NCBI GenBank assembly: GCA_038087875.1
Contig: CM075994.1
Coordinates: 9,114,001-9,178,000, forward strand
Source: Malacoraja senta
Taxonomy: Eukaryota
Direction of reading: 5' to 3'
Length of the DNA stretch: 64,000 nt
The notes under the pieces were generated by a model that ran no database searches, was not told where the DNA came from, and saw only the letters and a list, made by a program, of their open reading frames with translations. The position numbers were made by a program, and so were the translations under genes. Of the stretch, positions 50,601-62,269 are shown piece after piece; positions within the stretch are counted from its first letter, which is position 1; every line of letters starts with the position of its first letter.

Positions 50601-51276
50601 ACTTTGGACAGGTACATGGATAGGAGAGGTTTCGAGGGATATGGACCAAGCGCACGCAGGTGGGACTAGTGTCGCTGGGACATTGTTGGCCGGTGTGAGC
50701 AACAGACAATAGACAATAAATGCAGAGGTAGGCCATTCGGCCCTTCGAGTCAGTACCGCCATTCACTGTGATCATGGCAGATCATCCACAATCAGTAGCC
50801 CGTCCCTGCCTCCCCATATCCCTTGACTCCGCTATCTTTAAGAGCTCTATCTAACTCTCTCTTGAAAGCATCCAGTAAATTGGCCTCCACCGCCTTCTGA
50901 GGCAGAGAATTCACAGATTTACAACTCTCTGGGTGAAAAAGTGTTTCCTCATCTCCGTTCTAAATATCTTACCCCTTATTCTTAAACGGTGTCCCCTGGC
51001 TCCTACATATATAATGAATTTCTGTGCCTAAATCTGATCTGACAACGTTTCGTTGTTGAGGCGTGTGGTGGCCGGTGTTAAGAATGGTTTTTAGAACAGT
51101 AAAGATAAAGTTAAAATAACGCAAACTTACGTGTGACTGTGACTTCTGTGCCGTGGCCATTATATATTTCCCCTGTGAAAGCAGTCACTCGGCAGTAATA
51201 CTTTCCTGTATTGTTCATTTTGAGGTCAGTGATTTCGATGGATTATTTTAGAATTCCCATTGGACTATTTTTCAAA
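47685..51276 (-). pseudogene. NCR3: Second NCR3-like two-V gene, apparently disabled: V1 partial 51131-51276, V2 49214-49520, TM 47685-47824; leader not visible
   Basis: V1 has in-frame TAA at 51243-51245. V2 is 307 nt with a 1-nt insertion at 49384. TM exon is open: (R)PAWGLRWQLLVMGVKLATFILINVIIVFIIRSWESCGFASRRKEA. Visible splice sites are intact. Confidence 0.75.
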
Positions 51277-51476
51277 NNNNNNNNNNNNNNNNNNNNNNNN
51301 NNNNNNNNNNNNNNNNNNNNNNNNNNNNNNNNNNNNNNNNNNNNNNNNNNNNNNNNNNNNNNNNNNNNNNNNNNNNNNNNNNNNNNNNNNNNNNNNNNNN
51401 NNNNNNNNNNNNNNNNNNNNNNNNNNNNNNNNNNNNNNNNNNNNNNNNNNNNNNNNNNNNNNNNNNNNNNNNNNNN
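51277..51476. other. Assembly gap (200 N) cutting V1 of the second gene
   Basis: Run of N. Confidence 1.
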
Positions 51477-52115
51477 ATGGGAAAACTCAGGAGAGTTCGT
51501 GAGTAACTCGGAAAGTGGGACAGGGCCTATACAGTGCAGAAACAGGCCCTTTGCCCACCGAGCCCGTGCCAACCGGCGATCCATGAACGCTAACGCCATC
51601 CTACGCTCGCTCGGATGATTTTACACTTATAACCAAGCCAATAAACTTACAAACCTGCACCACTTTGGAGTGTGGGGAGGAAACCGAAGATCTCGGAGGA
51701 ATCCCACGCAGGTCATGGGGAGAACGTCCAAACTCCGTACAGACAGCACCCATTGTCGGGATGGAACCCGGGTCTCTGGCACTGCGAGGCAGCAACTCTA
51801 CCGCTGCGCCACCGTGCTGCCTTAATGGCAGTAGGGCCAAGTTCTACTTGGGCCCCTTGTTCCATGGATGGGGCTAAAGTGCCTGTCTCACTTGCCGATT
51901 TTTTCGGCGACCCTTGGCATCATTGACTGACGTATCAGTTCACCTAAAAATTTGTGGCGTGACGGGGCGTGATGACGTATCCTTTAAGAATTGCCACCTT
52001 AAGAAATGTCGCCAGATATTTACTGCCCTGTCCTAACATCCCTTCGCTATGTTGGCCTCATGTCCCATTATGTTTGCCCAGTTTGAGAGCTCTTGAGCTT
52101 AAATCTAATACTTAC

Positions 52116-52787
52116 GGGCCTGTCCCACTTGCCCGTCATTTGCGCGCCATTTACTCGACCTGGTAGCGTGTGGGTAGCTTGCGGGTAGCGTGTGCATAGC
52201 CAGTGGGTAGCGCGGGACGGGTGCATGGAGGCGTGGAGGAGTGTGGAGTATCGCGCAGGCCTCCAGGATTTCGTTCTGAACGAAATCTTTGCGCGCCACC
52301 GGCCCGTCGCGTAACTGACGGCCAAAGTGGGACACCCTGGCGCGGCACAACGTCTCACCTCCAGCAGCAGCAGAAGCAGGCAGCGATCGCCGAGCTCGGC
52401 CTGGGGCTCACCGGCCGTCGCGGATCCAGATCCGGATCCGTCCCCCACTCCTACTCACAGAGCGGGGCCAAGACGATTGGAGATAGACACAAAATGCTGG
52501 AGTAACTCAGCGGGGCCGCAGCATCTCTGGAGAGAAGCAATGGGTGACGTTTCGGGTCGAGACCCTTCTTTCAGATTGAAGAAGAGTCTCGACACGAAAC
52601 ATCATCCATTCCTTCACTCCAGAGATGCTGCCGGCCCCGCTGAGTTACTCCAGCATTTTATGTCTATCTTCAAATGACGTCACGCGCTCCAGACGGGCTG
52701 CGCGGGCGCATGATGGACGCGCGCAAGCCGTCGCACGTCAGTCACTACCGGCCTGTCGCGTAAATGATGGCCAAGTGGGACAGGCCC
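52116..52787. mobile_element. MITE with GGGCCTGTCCCACTT TIRs; contains a nested inverted Penelope-terminus pair (about 52482-52670)
   Basis: GGGCCTGTCCCACTTG...CAAGTGGGACAGGCCC; flanks TTAC and TTAA. Confidence 0.75.
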
Positions 52788-54017
52788 TTAACTTCTCATC
52801 TTCCTTATAATTCTCAGAATTCCCTGACGTTAAACTCCCCCTCTCGGACACCTGGTACACCTAATGCCCCCGTCCCACATGGGTGATTTTTTAGACGACT
52901 CCAGGCGACTAGGTTGTCACCACCCTGGTCGCCGGGGTGTCGCCTGTATGGCCGCGAGTCGTCTCCTCAATCACGCAAAGAATCGGGTAAGCGTCTCCTC
53001 TGGTCGCCGCTGGGATTTTGAAATAGGCAACAGACAATAGACAATAGGTGCAGGAGTAGGCCATTCGGCCCTTCGAGCCAAGCACCGCCATTCAATGTGA
53101 TCATGGCTGATCATCCCCAATCAGTACCCCGTTCCCCATATCCCCATATCCCTGTCTCCACTATCTTTAAGAGCCCTATCTAGCTCCCTTGAAAGCATCC
53201 AGAGAACCTGCCTCCACCACCCTCTGAGGCAGAGAATTCCCACAGACTCACAACTCTCTGTGAGAAAAAGTGTTTCCTCGTCTCCGTTCTAAATGGCTTA
53301 CCCCTTATTCTTAAACTGTGTGTGGCCCCTGGTTCTGGACTCCCCCAACATCGGGAACATGTTTCCTTCCTCTAGCGTGTCGAAACCCTTAATAATCTAT
53401 ATGTTTCCACTCTCATCCTTCTAAACTCCAGAGTATACAAGCCCAGCCGCTCCATTCTCTCAGCATATGACAGTCCCGCCATCCCGGGAATTAACCTTGT
53501 AAACCTACGCTGCACTCCCTCAATAGCAATAATACTCTGCACTCCCTCAATAGCAAAAAAATCGCCAAGTGGGACAGGCACTCACTAGCTCAAATTCACG
53601 TCAAGCTTTTCACTGTGTGTCTCTGTACATGAGAATAACTTATGTGGAGCGATTGCCTAGGACCAGAGGGCACAGCTTCAGATAAAAATATGTAGCTTTA
53701 GAATGGAGACGAGGAGGAATTTCTTTATCCAGAGGGTTATGTATCTGTGGAATTCATTGCCACAGACGGCTGTGGAGCCGAGTTTTTTTAGTTTAATTTA
53801 GTTCAGAGATGCAGCCTCGGAAACAGGCCCCTTCGGCCCAGCGGGTCCGCGCCAACCAGCGATGCCCGCACACTTACACCATCCTACAACCCACTAGGGA
53901 CGATTTTCACATTTAACCAAGCCAATTAACCTACAAAACCTGCGCGTCTTTGGAGTGTGGGAGGAAACTCCCGAAGATCTCTGAGAAAACCCACGCAGGT
54001 CACAGGGAGAACGTAAA

Positions 54018-54504
54018 GGGCCTGTCCCATGGGCATGCGACTCCATGCGGCAAGCGCGACATAACCGCAAGCGGGGGCCGCGCGGAGGTCGCGGGGGCCG
54101 GTCCCACTTCGATCGGCGTAGCCGTATGGAGTTGTGCGGAGCTGGTCCCGACATCGCGCGGGGTCTCCGAAAAACTGACACTGTTCAAAAATTCCGTGAG
54201 GCAACGGCCTTCCGCCCCGCAGCCGCATCGAGGCCGTGCGCGCTGCATCGACGACGTACGCACCGCCTCGACGCCGACTCAGCCGTATCGAGGCCCTGCG
54301 CACCGCCTCGCCGCCGTACGCACCGTCTTGACGGCACTCGACCTCCGCGCGGCCCCCCGCTTCCGATTTGGTAGCGCTTGCCGCATGCAGCCGCATGCTG
54401 GTGGGACCGGCCCTGTACGGGGATCAATCGACCTCCGCGCGGCCCCCCCGCTTGCGGTTAGGTCGCGCTTGCTGCATGGAGTCACACGCCCATGGGGCAG
54501 GCCC
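54018..54504. mobile_element. GC-rich fold-back MITE of the same TIR family, inserted in an HE1 SINE
   Basis: GGGCCTGTCCCATGGGC...GCCCATGGGGCAGGCCC followed by TTAA; internal repeats CGACCTCCGCGCGGCCCCCCGCTT. Confidence 0.75.
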
Positions 54505-54965
54505 TTAAGACTCCGTACAGACAGAACCCGCAGTCGGGATGGAACCCGGGTCTCCGGCGCTGCATTCGCTGTGAGGCAGCAACTCTAACCGCTGCAACCA
54601 ACGTGACCGCCCCGAGTCATTGTCTAATTTTAATGCGGAAATTGATAGATTCTTGATTAGTGCGGGTGTCAGGGGGTCACGGGGAGAAGGCAGGAGCATG
54701 TGGCTAGGAGGGAGAGATACATCAGCCACGATTGAATGGCGGAGTAGACTTGATGGGCCAAATGGCCCAATTCTACTCCTATCAATTATGACCTTATGAA
54801 ACAGAGAGGCCAGCAGGGTCTCAGGTTTGGTTAATTCTATTTGAATTGCCAGGTCAGTTTTTCCCCCATTACCTACAGACAGCAATGTCCGTGCCAAATA
54901 AGACGGCCAAGAGCAACGTTGTTGTGTTGATGGAATGGCCAATAAATCACGCCAGCGTCTCTACT

Positions 54966-55255
54966 TTAAGGATAAGGGGGGAAGTCTTTTAGGACCGAGA
55001 TGAGAAAAACATTTTTCACACAGAGAGTGGTGAATCTGTGGAATTCTCTGCCACAGAAGGTAGTTGAGGCCAGTTTCATTGGCTATATTTAAGAGGGAGA
55101 TAGATGTGGCCCTTGTGGCTAAAGGGATCAGGGGGTATGGAGAGAAGGCAGGTACAGGATACTGAGTTGGATGATCAGCCATGATCATATTGAATGGCGG
55201 TGCAGGCTCGAAGGGCCGAATGGCCTACTCCTGCACCTATTTTCTATGTTTCTAT
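54966..55255 (+). mobile_element. Young CR1 3' tip
   Basis: Near-identical to 36030-36320. Confidence 0.85.
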
Positions 55256-55509
55256 GTTTACTTCCTTAATAGGCTTCGGAAGTTTGGCACGTCCCTTAAC
55301 AATTCCCACTAACTTCTGCCAGTGTGCCATGGAAAACATTTTATTGGAATGCATCACGGAATCAACCGCTCCAATCCAAAACCGCAAGAAATTGCAGAGC
55401 AAATGGACACAAATGCTGGAGTTACTCAGCGGGAGAGGCAGCACCGCTGGAGAGAAGGAAGGAATGCGTAATCGCAGAGAGTTGTGGACGCAGCCCAGAC
55501 CATCACACA

Positions 55510-56980
55510 TTAGGGCTCTGGTGAGAACATGTCTGGAGTATTGTATCCAGTTTTGGTCCCCTAGTTTGAGGAAGGACATCCTTGTGATTGAGGCAGTGCA
55601 GCGTAGGTTCACGAGATTGATCCCTGGGATGGCGGGACTGTCATATCGGGAAAGAATGAAAAGACTAGGCTTGTATTCACTGGAGTTTAGAAGGATGAGG
55701 GGGGGGAGGGATCTTATAGAAACATATAAAATTATAAAAGGACTGGACAAGCCAGAAGCAGGAAAAATGTTTCCCAATGTTGGGCGAGTCCAGAACCAGG
55801 GGCCACAGTCTTAGAAATAAAGGGGAGGCCATTTAAGACTGAGGTGAGAAAAAAAACGTTTTCACCCCAGAGAGTTGTGAATTTGAGGAATTCCCTGCCA
55901 CAGAGGGCAGTGGGAGGCCAAATCACTGGATAGATTTAAGAGAGAGTTAGTTAGAGCTCTAGGGGCTAGTGGAATTCCGGAAGTGGCGGCACCCTAACGG
56001 CAGCGGCTCGACTGCAGTCCGTCTGTCTTTTAAAAAAAATTTTGTCTAGTTAAATGTAGTTGTTTGTTTTTTTATATTGTTTTTAACTGTGTATATGTGG
56101 GGGGGGGGGGGGAGGGGGGAAACTTAAAAAATCTCTTCCCTGTATGGAGGACCCGACCTTTCTCTGTCGGGTCTCCGTTGTCGTTGGGCCTAGCATCGTG
56201 GAGAGGCCTCCAACCGGCACGACCTGGGGCTCCAGTCGCGGAGCCTGCGGCTGCTACTCACCATCGTGGAGCTGGCCGAGTTCGGAGCGTGGAGAGCTGC
56301 GGTGACGCGCGGCTGTGACCCGACCCCGGAGATTCGGAGGCTCCAGCCGCAGGTCTGGTGGACGGTGACATCGGGAGCTCGCGGGTCCCTGGTGGGAGAA
56401 CGCTTTTCAGAGCTCCACAACGGCGACTTCTCCCGCCCGAGTTGCGGGGTTGAAGATGACCTGGAGCTGGGTCTACCATCGCCCGGCGCGGCTTTAATGG
56501 CCGCGGGAGACTTGCTAGCGCTACCCGGGGGCTCCAACATCCAGACCCGGAGCGCGGCCTTGCATCGCCCGCGCGGCTTTAATGGCCGCGGGACTTATTT
56601 TCCATCGCCCGCCGGGGCTTTGACTCTGACATCGGGAGGAGAATGGGGAGTGCAGGGGAGAGATAAGGACTTTGCCTTCCATCACAGCGAGGAGGAGATT
56701 CGCTGTGATGGATGTTTGTGTAAATTGTGTTGTGTCTTGGGTTCTTTTACTTGTCTGTACGACTGCAGAAACCGAATTTCGTTTGAACCTCATTTGAGGT
56801 TCAAATGACAATAAATGGTATTGTATTGTATTGTATTGTATCAAGGGATATGGGGAGAAGGCAGGCACGGGTTATTGATTGGGGATGATCAGTCATGATC
56901 ACAATGAATGGCGGTGCTGGCTCGAAGGGCCGAATGGCCTCGCCCTGCACCTATTTTCTATGTTTCATGTCTATGTCTAA
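55510..56980 (+). mobile_element. CR1 3' fragment split by the 55976-56841 insert
   Basis: CLEYCIQFWSPSLRKDIL..; host reads GGAAT then CAAGGGATATGG across the insert. Confidence 0.8.
55976..56841 (+). mobile_element. Unclassified non-autonomous retroposon with 3' stem-loops and (TTGTA)n tail
   Basis: Interrupts a CR1 cleanly; hairpins at 56679-56711 and 56782-56805; ATGACAATAAA then (TTGTA)n; no recognisable ORF. Confidence 0.65.
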
Positions 56981-57589
56981 ACCAACCTCCCTTCCATTGA
57001 CACCATCTACACCTCGCGCTGCCTCGGCAAGGCCAGCAGCATAATCGAGGACCAGTCTCACCCCCGGCCACTCCCTCTTCTCCCCTCTCCCATCGGGCAA
57101 GAGGTACAGAAGTGTGAAAACGAACGCACACCTCCAGATTCAGGCACAGTTTCCCCCCACGCTGATATCAGGCAACCGGGCGTTTAATAAAGAACTGCAG
57201 ATGCTGGAAAATCTAAGGTGGACAAAAATGCTGGAGAAACTCAGCGTTTACCTCCTCATCCGCTGAGTTTCTCCAGCATTTCTGACTACCTCGGGACAGG
57301 CAGCATCTCTGGTGAGACCTCGGGACAGGCAGCATCTCTGGTGAGAAGGAATGAGTGACGTTTCGGGTCGAGACCCTTCTTTAGACTGAATCAGGGGAGA
57401 TGGAGATACAGAGATAAGGAAGTGTCAGGTGTGAAAAGGAGAAAAAGAGGATGTTTCGGGTCGAGATGACAATGGTCTATTCTGCATCTTCTTTCATCCC
57501 CACCTCGTTATCACACCTTACCCTTCCTTATCTCTGTACCACCCCCTCCCCTGACTCTCAGTGTGAAGAAGGGCCCTGACCCAATAGGC

Positions 57590-58130
57590 TAGACAAAAAT
57601 GCTGGAGAAACTCAGCAGGTGAGGCAGCATCGATGGAGCGAAGGAAATAGGCGACGTTTTGGGCTGAAACCCTTCTTCAGACTGATGTGAGGGGGGGGGC
57701 GGGAAGAAGAAAGGAAGAGGAGGAGACAGTGGGCTGAGGGAGTGCTGGGAAGGGGAGGGGAAGGAGGGAGAAAGCAGGGACTACCTGAAATTGGAGAAGT
57801 CAATGTTCATACCGCTGGGGTGTAAACTGCCCAAGCGAAATATGAGGTGCTGCTCCTCCAACTTACGGTGGTCCTCACTCTGGCCATGGAGGAGGCCGAG
57901 GACAGAAAGGTCGGTTTTGGAATGGGAGGGGGAGTTGAAGTGCTGAGCCACCGGGAGATCAGGTTGGTTAGTGCGAACCGAGCGGAGGTGTTGGGCGAAG
58001 CGATCGCCGAGCCTGCGCTTGGTCTCACCGATGTAGAGCAGCTGACACCCAGAGCAGCGGATGCAATAGATGAGGTTGGAGGAGGTGCAGGTGAACCTCC
58101 GCCGCACCTGGAAAGACTGCTTGGGTCCTC
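57590..58130 (-). mobile_element. Penelope-like element 3' end with GIY-YIG endonuclease fragment (another copy about 60297-60760)
   Basis: FTCTSSNLIYCIRCSGCQLLYIGETKRRLGDRFAQHLRSV...MNIDFSNFR-stop. Confidence 0.9.
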
Positions 58131-58180
58131 CAGAGAGGCTGCCTGTCCCGCTGAGCTTCTCCAGCATTCTGTGTGCACCC

Positions 58181-58575
58181 TGTTCGGTGTCATCATTACT
58201 AACATCGTGTGGGTCTTGTGATGAGAATATTAACTTGGCCTCCAGCCCAGAGGCTTATTATTATTCCAACTCAATTCCAACTCAATCTTAGTCATCTGGC
58301 AGTGGGTGTGGTTCCTGGGTATAAAAGGCACGGCACAATAGTAAATCTTCCCCTGCACGCCCTCTGGGTATCAGTCGCTGGGAGGTCGCCTCGACTCTCG
58401 GAGCTGTTGGGACACACCCAGCGTAATATAGATAGAAACTCCCAAAGGAAACAGGTGATTCATCGTATTGAGAGCTCTGACAGGGTGTTCCGTGTGGGAG
58501 TCTCAACATGGCCTATCCCCTTAATAGACGCAAAAAGCCCAACGAGTCCACGCCGACCAGCGACCACCCTGAACA
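58181..58575 (+). mobile_element. Possible solo LTR, 395 bp
   Basis: Begins TGTTC, ends GAACA; TATAAAAG at 58320-58327; no TSD recognised. Confidence 0.35.
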
Positions 58576-61500
58576 TCAATGTGTTGGAAGGAACTGCAGA
58601 TGCAGGACCACAAAATGCCAGAGTAACTCAGCGGGACAGGCAGCATTTCTGGACAATAGATAATAGGTGCAGGAGGAGGCCATTCGGCCCTTCGAGCCAG
58701 CGCCGCCATTCAATGTGATCATGGCTGATCATCCCCGATCAGTACCCCGTTCCTGCCTTCTCCCCATATCCCCTGACTACGCTGTCTTTAAGAGCCCTAT
58801 CTAGCTCTCTCTTGAAAGTATCCAGAGAACCGGCCCCCACCGCCCTCTGAGGCAGAGAATTCCACAGACTCACCACTCTCTGTGAGAAAATGTGTTTCCT
58901 CGTCTCCGTTCTAAATGGCTTACTCCTTATTCTTAAACTGTGGCCCTGGTTCTGGACTCCCCCAACATCGGGAACATGTTTCCTGCCTCTAGCGTGTCCA
59001 AGCCCTGAACAATCTTATATGTTTCAATGGGTGAAACATATGGGTGACGTTTTGGGCGGAGACCCTTCTTCAGACTTGTCACTACCCTTCCAAACCTTCC
59101 CTATCCACTTACTTGTTTAAGAAGGAACTGCAGATGCTGGAAAATCGAAGGTAGACAAAAATGCTGGAGGAACTCAGCAGGTGAGGCAGCATCTATGGAG
59201 CGAAGGAAATAGGCAACGTTTTGGGCTGAAACCCTTCTTCAGACTGATGAGAAGGGTCAGTCTGAAGAATGAATCTGAAGAAGTCTGAAGAAGGGTTTCA
59301 GCCCGAAACGTTGCCTATTTCCTTCGCTCCATAGATGCTGCCTCACCCGCTGAGTTTCTCCAGCATTTTTTTGTCTATCCACATACTTTTTGGGACGACT
59401 GTCCTACTCCTGCACCTATTGTCTGTTGTCTATTGACGATCCCAACGTTTAAGAACAGTTGGACAGGTACATGGATAGGACAGGTTTGGAGGGATATGGA
59501 CCAAGCGCGGGCAGGTGGGACTAGCGTAGCTGGGACATTGTTGGCCGGTGTGGGCGAGTTGGGCCGAAGGGCCTGTTTCCACACTGTATCACTCTATGGC
59601 TCCATATGGCTTCCTATTGTGCCAGAATAAGTGTGGCACTGTGGCGCAGCGGTAGAGTTGCTGCCTTACAGCGCCAGAGACCTGGGTCCTATCCCGCCTG
59701 CGAGTGCTGTCTCAGCTAAATCCTCAGCAATATTTACCTGAGCTAAACACTGTAGATTGCTCGTTACCATAATCACTTAATTGCTGCTTATTCTGCAGGT
59801 TTTCTCTTGACGCTGTTGATGTCGGGAGAAACGTATCTGATCATGGAGGATTCAAATGATGACGTAAAATGTGTGTGTAGGAGGGAGATCGATCGACCGA
59901 CCAAATGGTGGAAGAAACAACAACCTTGCTCTCAGCGTCAGTAAAACCAAGGGACTGACTGTGCGTGGGAAAGGACTGCAGATGCTGGTTTAAATCGAAG
60001 ATGGACACAAAATGCTGGAGTAACTCCGCGGGGCAGGCAGCGTCTCTGGAGAGAAGGAATGGTTGACGTTTCGGGTCGAGACCCTTCTTCAGACTGATGT
60101 CAGGGGAGAGGGAAACGAGAGATATAGACGGTGACGTGGGGAGATATAGGTTGGGGCCCTTCTTCAGGCTGAGAGTCAGGGGAGGGGGAGATACAGAGAT
60201 AAGGAAGGGTAAGGTGTGAAAACGAGAGATCAAAGGGGGTGGAGACCAAGGAGAATGGAGAACTGATCATTGTTATCAACATGGGTAGAAAAGAACTGCA
60301 GATGCGGGTTTAAATCGAAGGTAGGCACAAAGTGCTGGAGTAACTCAGCGGGACAGGCAGCATCTCTGGAGAGAAGGAATGGGTGACATTTCGGGTCGAG
60401 ACCCTTCTTCAGACAGATATTCAGACAGTCGGAAACAATCAGACTGGTGGGACAACTGGGAAGGGGGAGGGGATGGAGGGAGAGGGAAGGCAAGGGCTAC
60501 TTGAAGTTAGAGACGTCAATGTTCACACCACTGGGGTGTAAACTGCCCAAGCGAAATATGAGGTGCTGTTCCCCCAATGTGCGCTGGGCCTCACTCTGAC
60601 AATGGAGGAGGCCCAGGACAGAAATGTCAGTGTGGGAATGGGAAGGGTTGAGCCACCGGGAGATCAGGTAGGTTTAGGTGGACTGAGCGGTGAAGCGATC
60701 GCCGAGCCTGCGCTTGGTCTCGCCGATATACAGGAACTGATGGCTTTAGACGAGGAAGTCCAAGGTTCCACAACCTGTAAAAGGTGCAGGAGATAATCAT
60801 TCATATCGTAGCCTGAAAGGTGCATCGTCCAAGTTCAGGAGCAGCTTCTTACCGACAAATGTATGTATATAGCCACATATATGCTTTCCAGTATAAAACA
60901 TTTCCAATCTGGAAAAGGGTTCTGAATGTCTATCCTACATCTGCGTCAGAATTTTAAACATTTCCATTAGGTCACCCTCGGGACTGTCATATGAGGAAAG
61001 ATAGAAAAGATTAGGCTTGTATTCACTGGAGTTTAGAAGGATGAGGGGGCATCTTATAGAAACATATAAAATTATAAAAGGACTGGACAGGAAAAATGTG
61101 GGGCGAGTCCAGAACCAGGGGCCACAGTCTTAGAATAAACGGGAGGCCATTTAAGACGGAGGTGAGAAAAAACGTTTTCACCCAGAGAGTTGTGAATTTA
61201 TGGAATTCCCTGCCACAGAGGGCAGTGGAGGCCAAATCACTGGATGGATTTAAGAGAGAGTTAGATAGAGCTCTAGGGGCTGGTGGATTCAAGCGATACG
61301 GGGAGAAGGCAGGCACGGGTTATTGATTGGGGACGATCAGCCACGATCACATTGAATGGCGGTGCTGGCTCGAAGGCCGAATGGCCTCCTCCTGCACCTT
61401 TTTTCTATGTTTCTATGAACCGCAGCATGATGGTGCGATTTGATGCCTTACAGCGCCAGAGGCCCGGGTTCGATCCTGACCTCGGGTGCTGTCTGCACGC

Positions 61501-61587
61501 AGTTTGTACGTTCTCCTCGTGACTCGCGTGGGTTTCCTCCCACCCTCCAAAGGCGAGCAGGTCTGTAGGCAGGCTGGCTTCTGCAAA

Positions 61588-62002
61588 AATAAGCGAGTTC
61601 GGTGTTCCGACTGCGCGCGCCCAGGTCATAGGTCACAAGCGAGAAACGCTCTCGGCATGGACACAGACCTGCGCCTCATCAGCAGCCAGGATCGATCCCG
61701 GGTCTCCTGCAATCGCTGCCGAACCGCCACTGGACCATCCCCATCCCCTCCCGAGTGCTATCCCTGCCGGGAGACGTCGGGTGTCAGATGGGAGCGTCAC
61801 CCCCCCAGGCCCACAGCCAGCGCAGCGCTAAATCCAGCTCAACTCTGCCTGTCCCGCCAGGCTAACCTACCAGCCTGGACTGACGGGAACGACAGCCCGG
61901 GCTTACAGGCAGCGCTAATGGCTGCCGAGAGTGTTTATCCCTTGTGACCTTTGACAAATCCCATGATCCCTTGCGTTTTTCGGAATACTGAACTCGCTTA
62001 TT
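61588..62002. mobile_element. MITE with about 23-bp TIRs inserted in an HE1 SINE
   Basis: AATAAGCGAGTTCGGTGTTCCGA and TCGGAATACTGAACTCGCTTATT (2 mismatches); inner inverted GGTCACAAG/CTTGTGACC. Confidence 0.7.
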
Positions 62003-62269
62003 GTAAATTGACCACAGTGAGGAGGATAGTACTAGTGTACGGGGTGATTCCTGGTCGGCATGAAAACGGTGGGCCGAAGGGGCTTGTTTCCGAGCTGTAT
62101 CTCTGGAGTCTCAAGTCTAATTTTCAGCCTTGGATTTCAATGTTGCAAAAACACTGACTACTTTTCAAAGACAAACTATTTTGACAAGTGCGAACTAGTT
62201 TCTGCGGTTCCTGGCCGTGATATGATTGCAATTCTTTCATTCAAGACTTGCATCTTGTTATGTGTTGGA

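Larger units (their letters stand above)
32441..51276. repeat. Duplication unit 3, containing the disrupted receptor copy
   Basis: Colinear with 1.4-13.3 kb after removing CR1 (32629-36323), L2 (37709-41034) and L1 (42435-44331, 46229-47400) insertions. Confidence 0.85.

Noticed and set aside
58329-58343. YYCAV motif on the minus strand suggesting another V exon
   Set aside because: In-frame TGA about 10 codons upstream (58371-58373); no first Cys, Trp or splice framework.
59799-59863. Plus-strand acceptor (TTATTCTGCAG) followed by an open FLLTLLMSGETYLIMEDSNDD reading
   Set aside because: Weak donor, no partner exons and no recognisable homology; cannot be supported without transcripts.
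60785-60870. Apparent unique exon ending at GTATGT
   Set aside because: Translates as YRSLKGASSKFRSSFLP, a decayed Rex1-type C-terminus.
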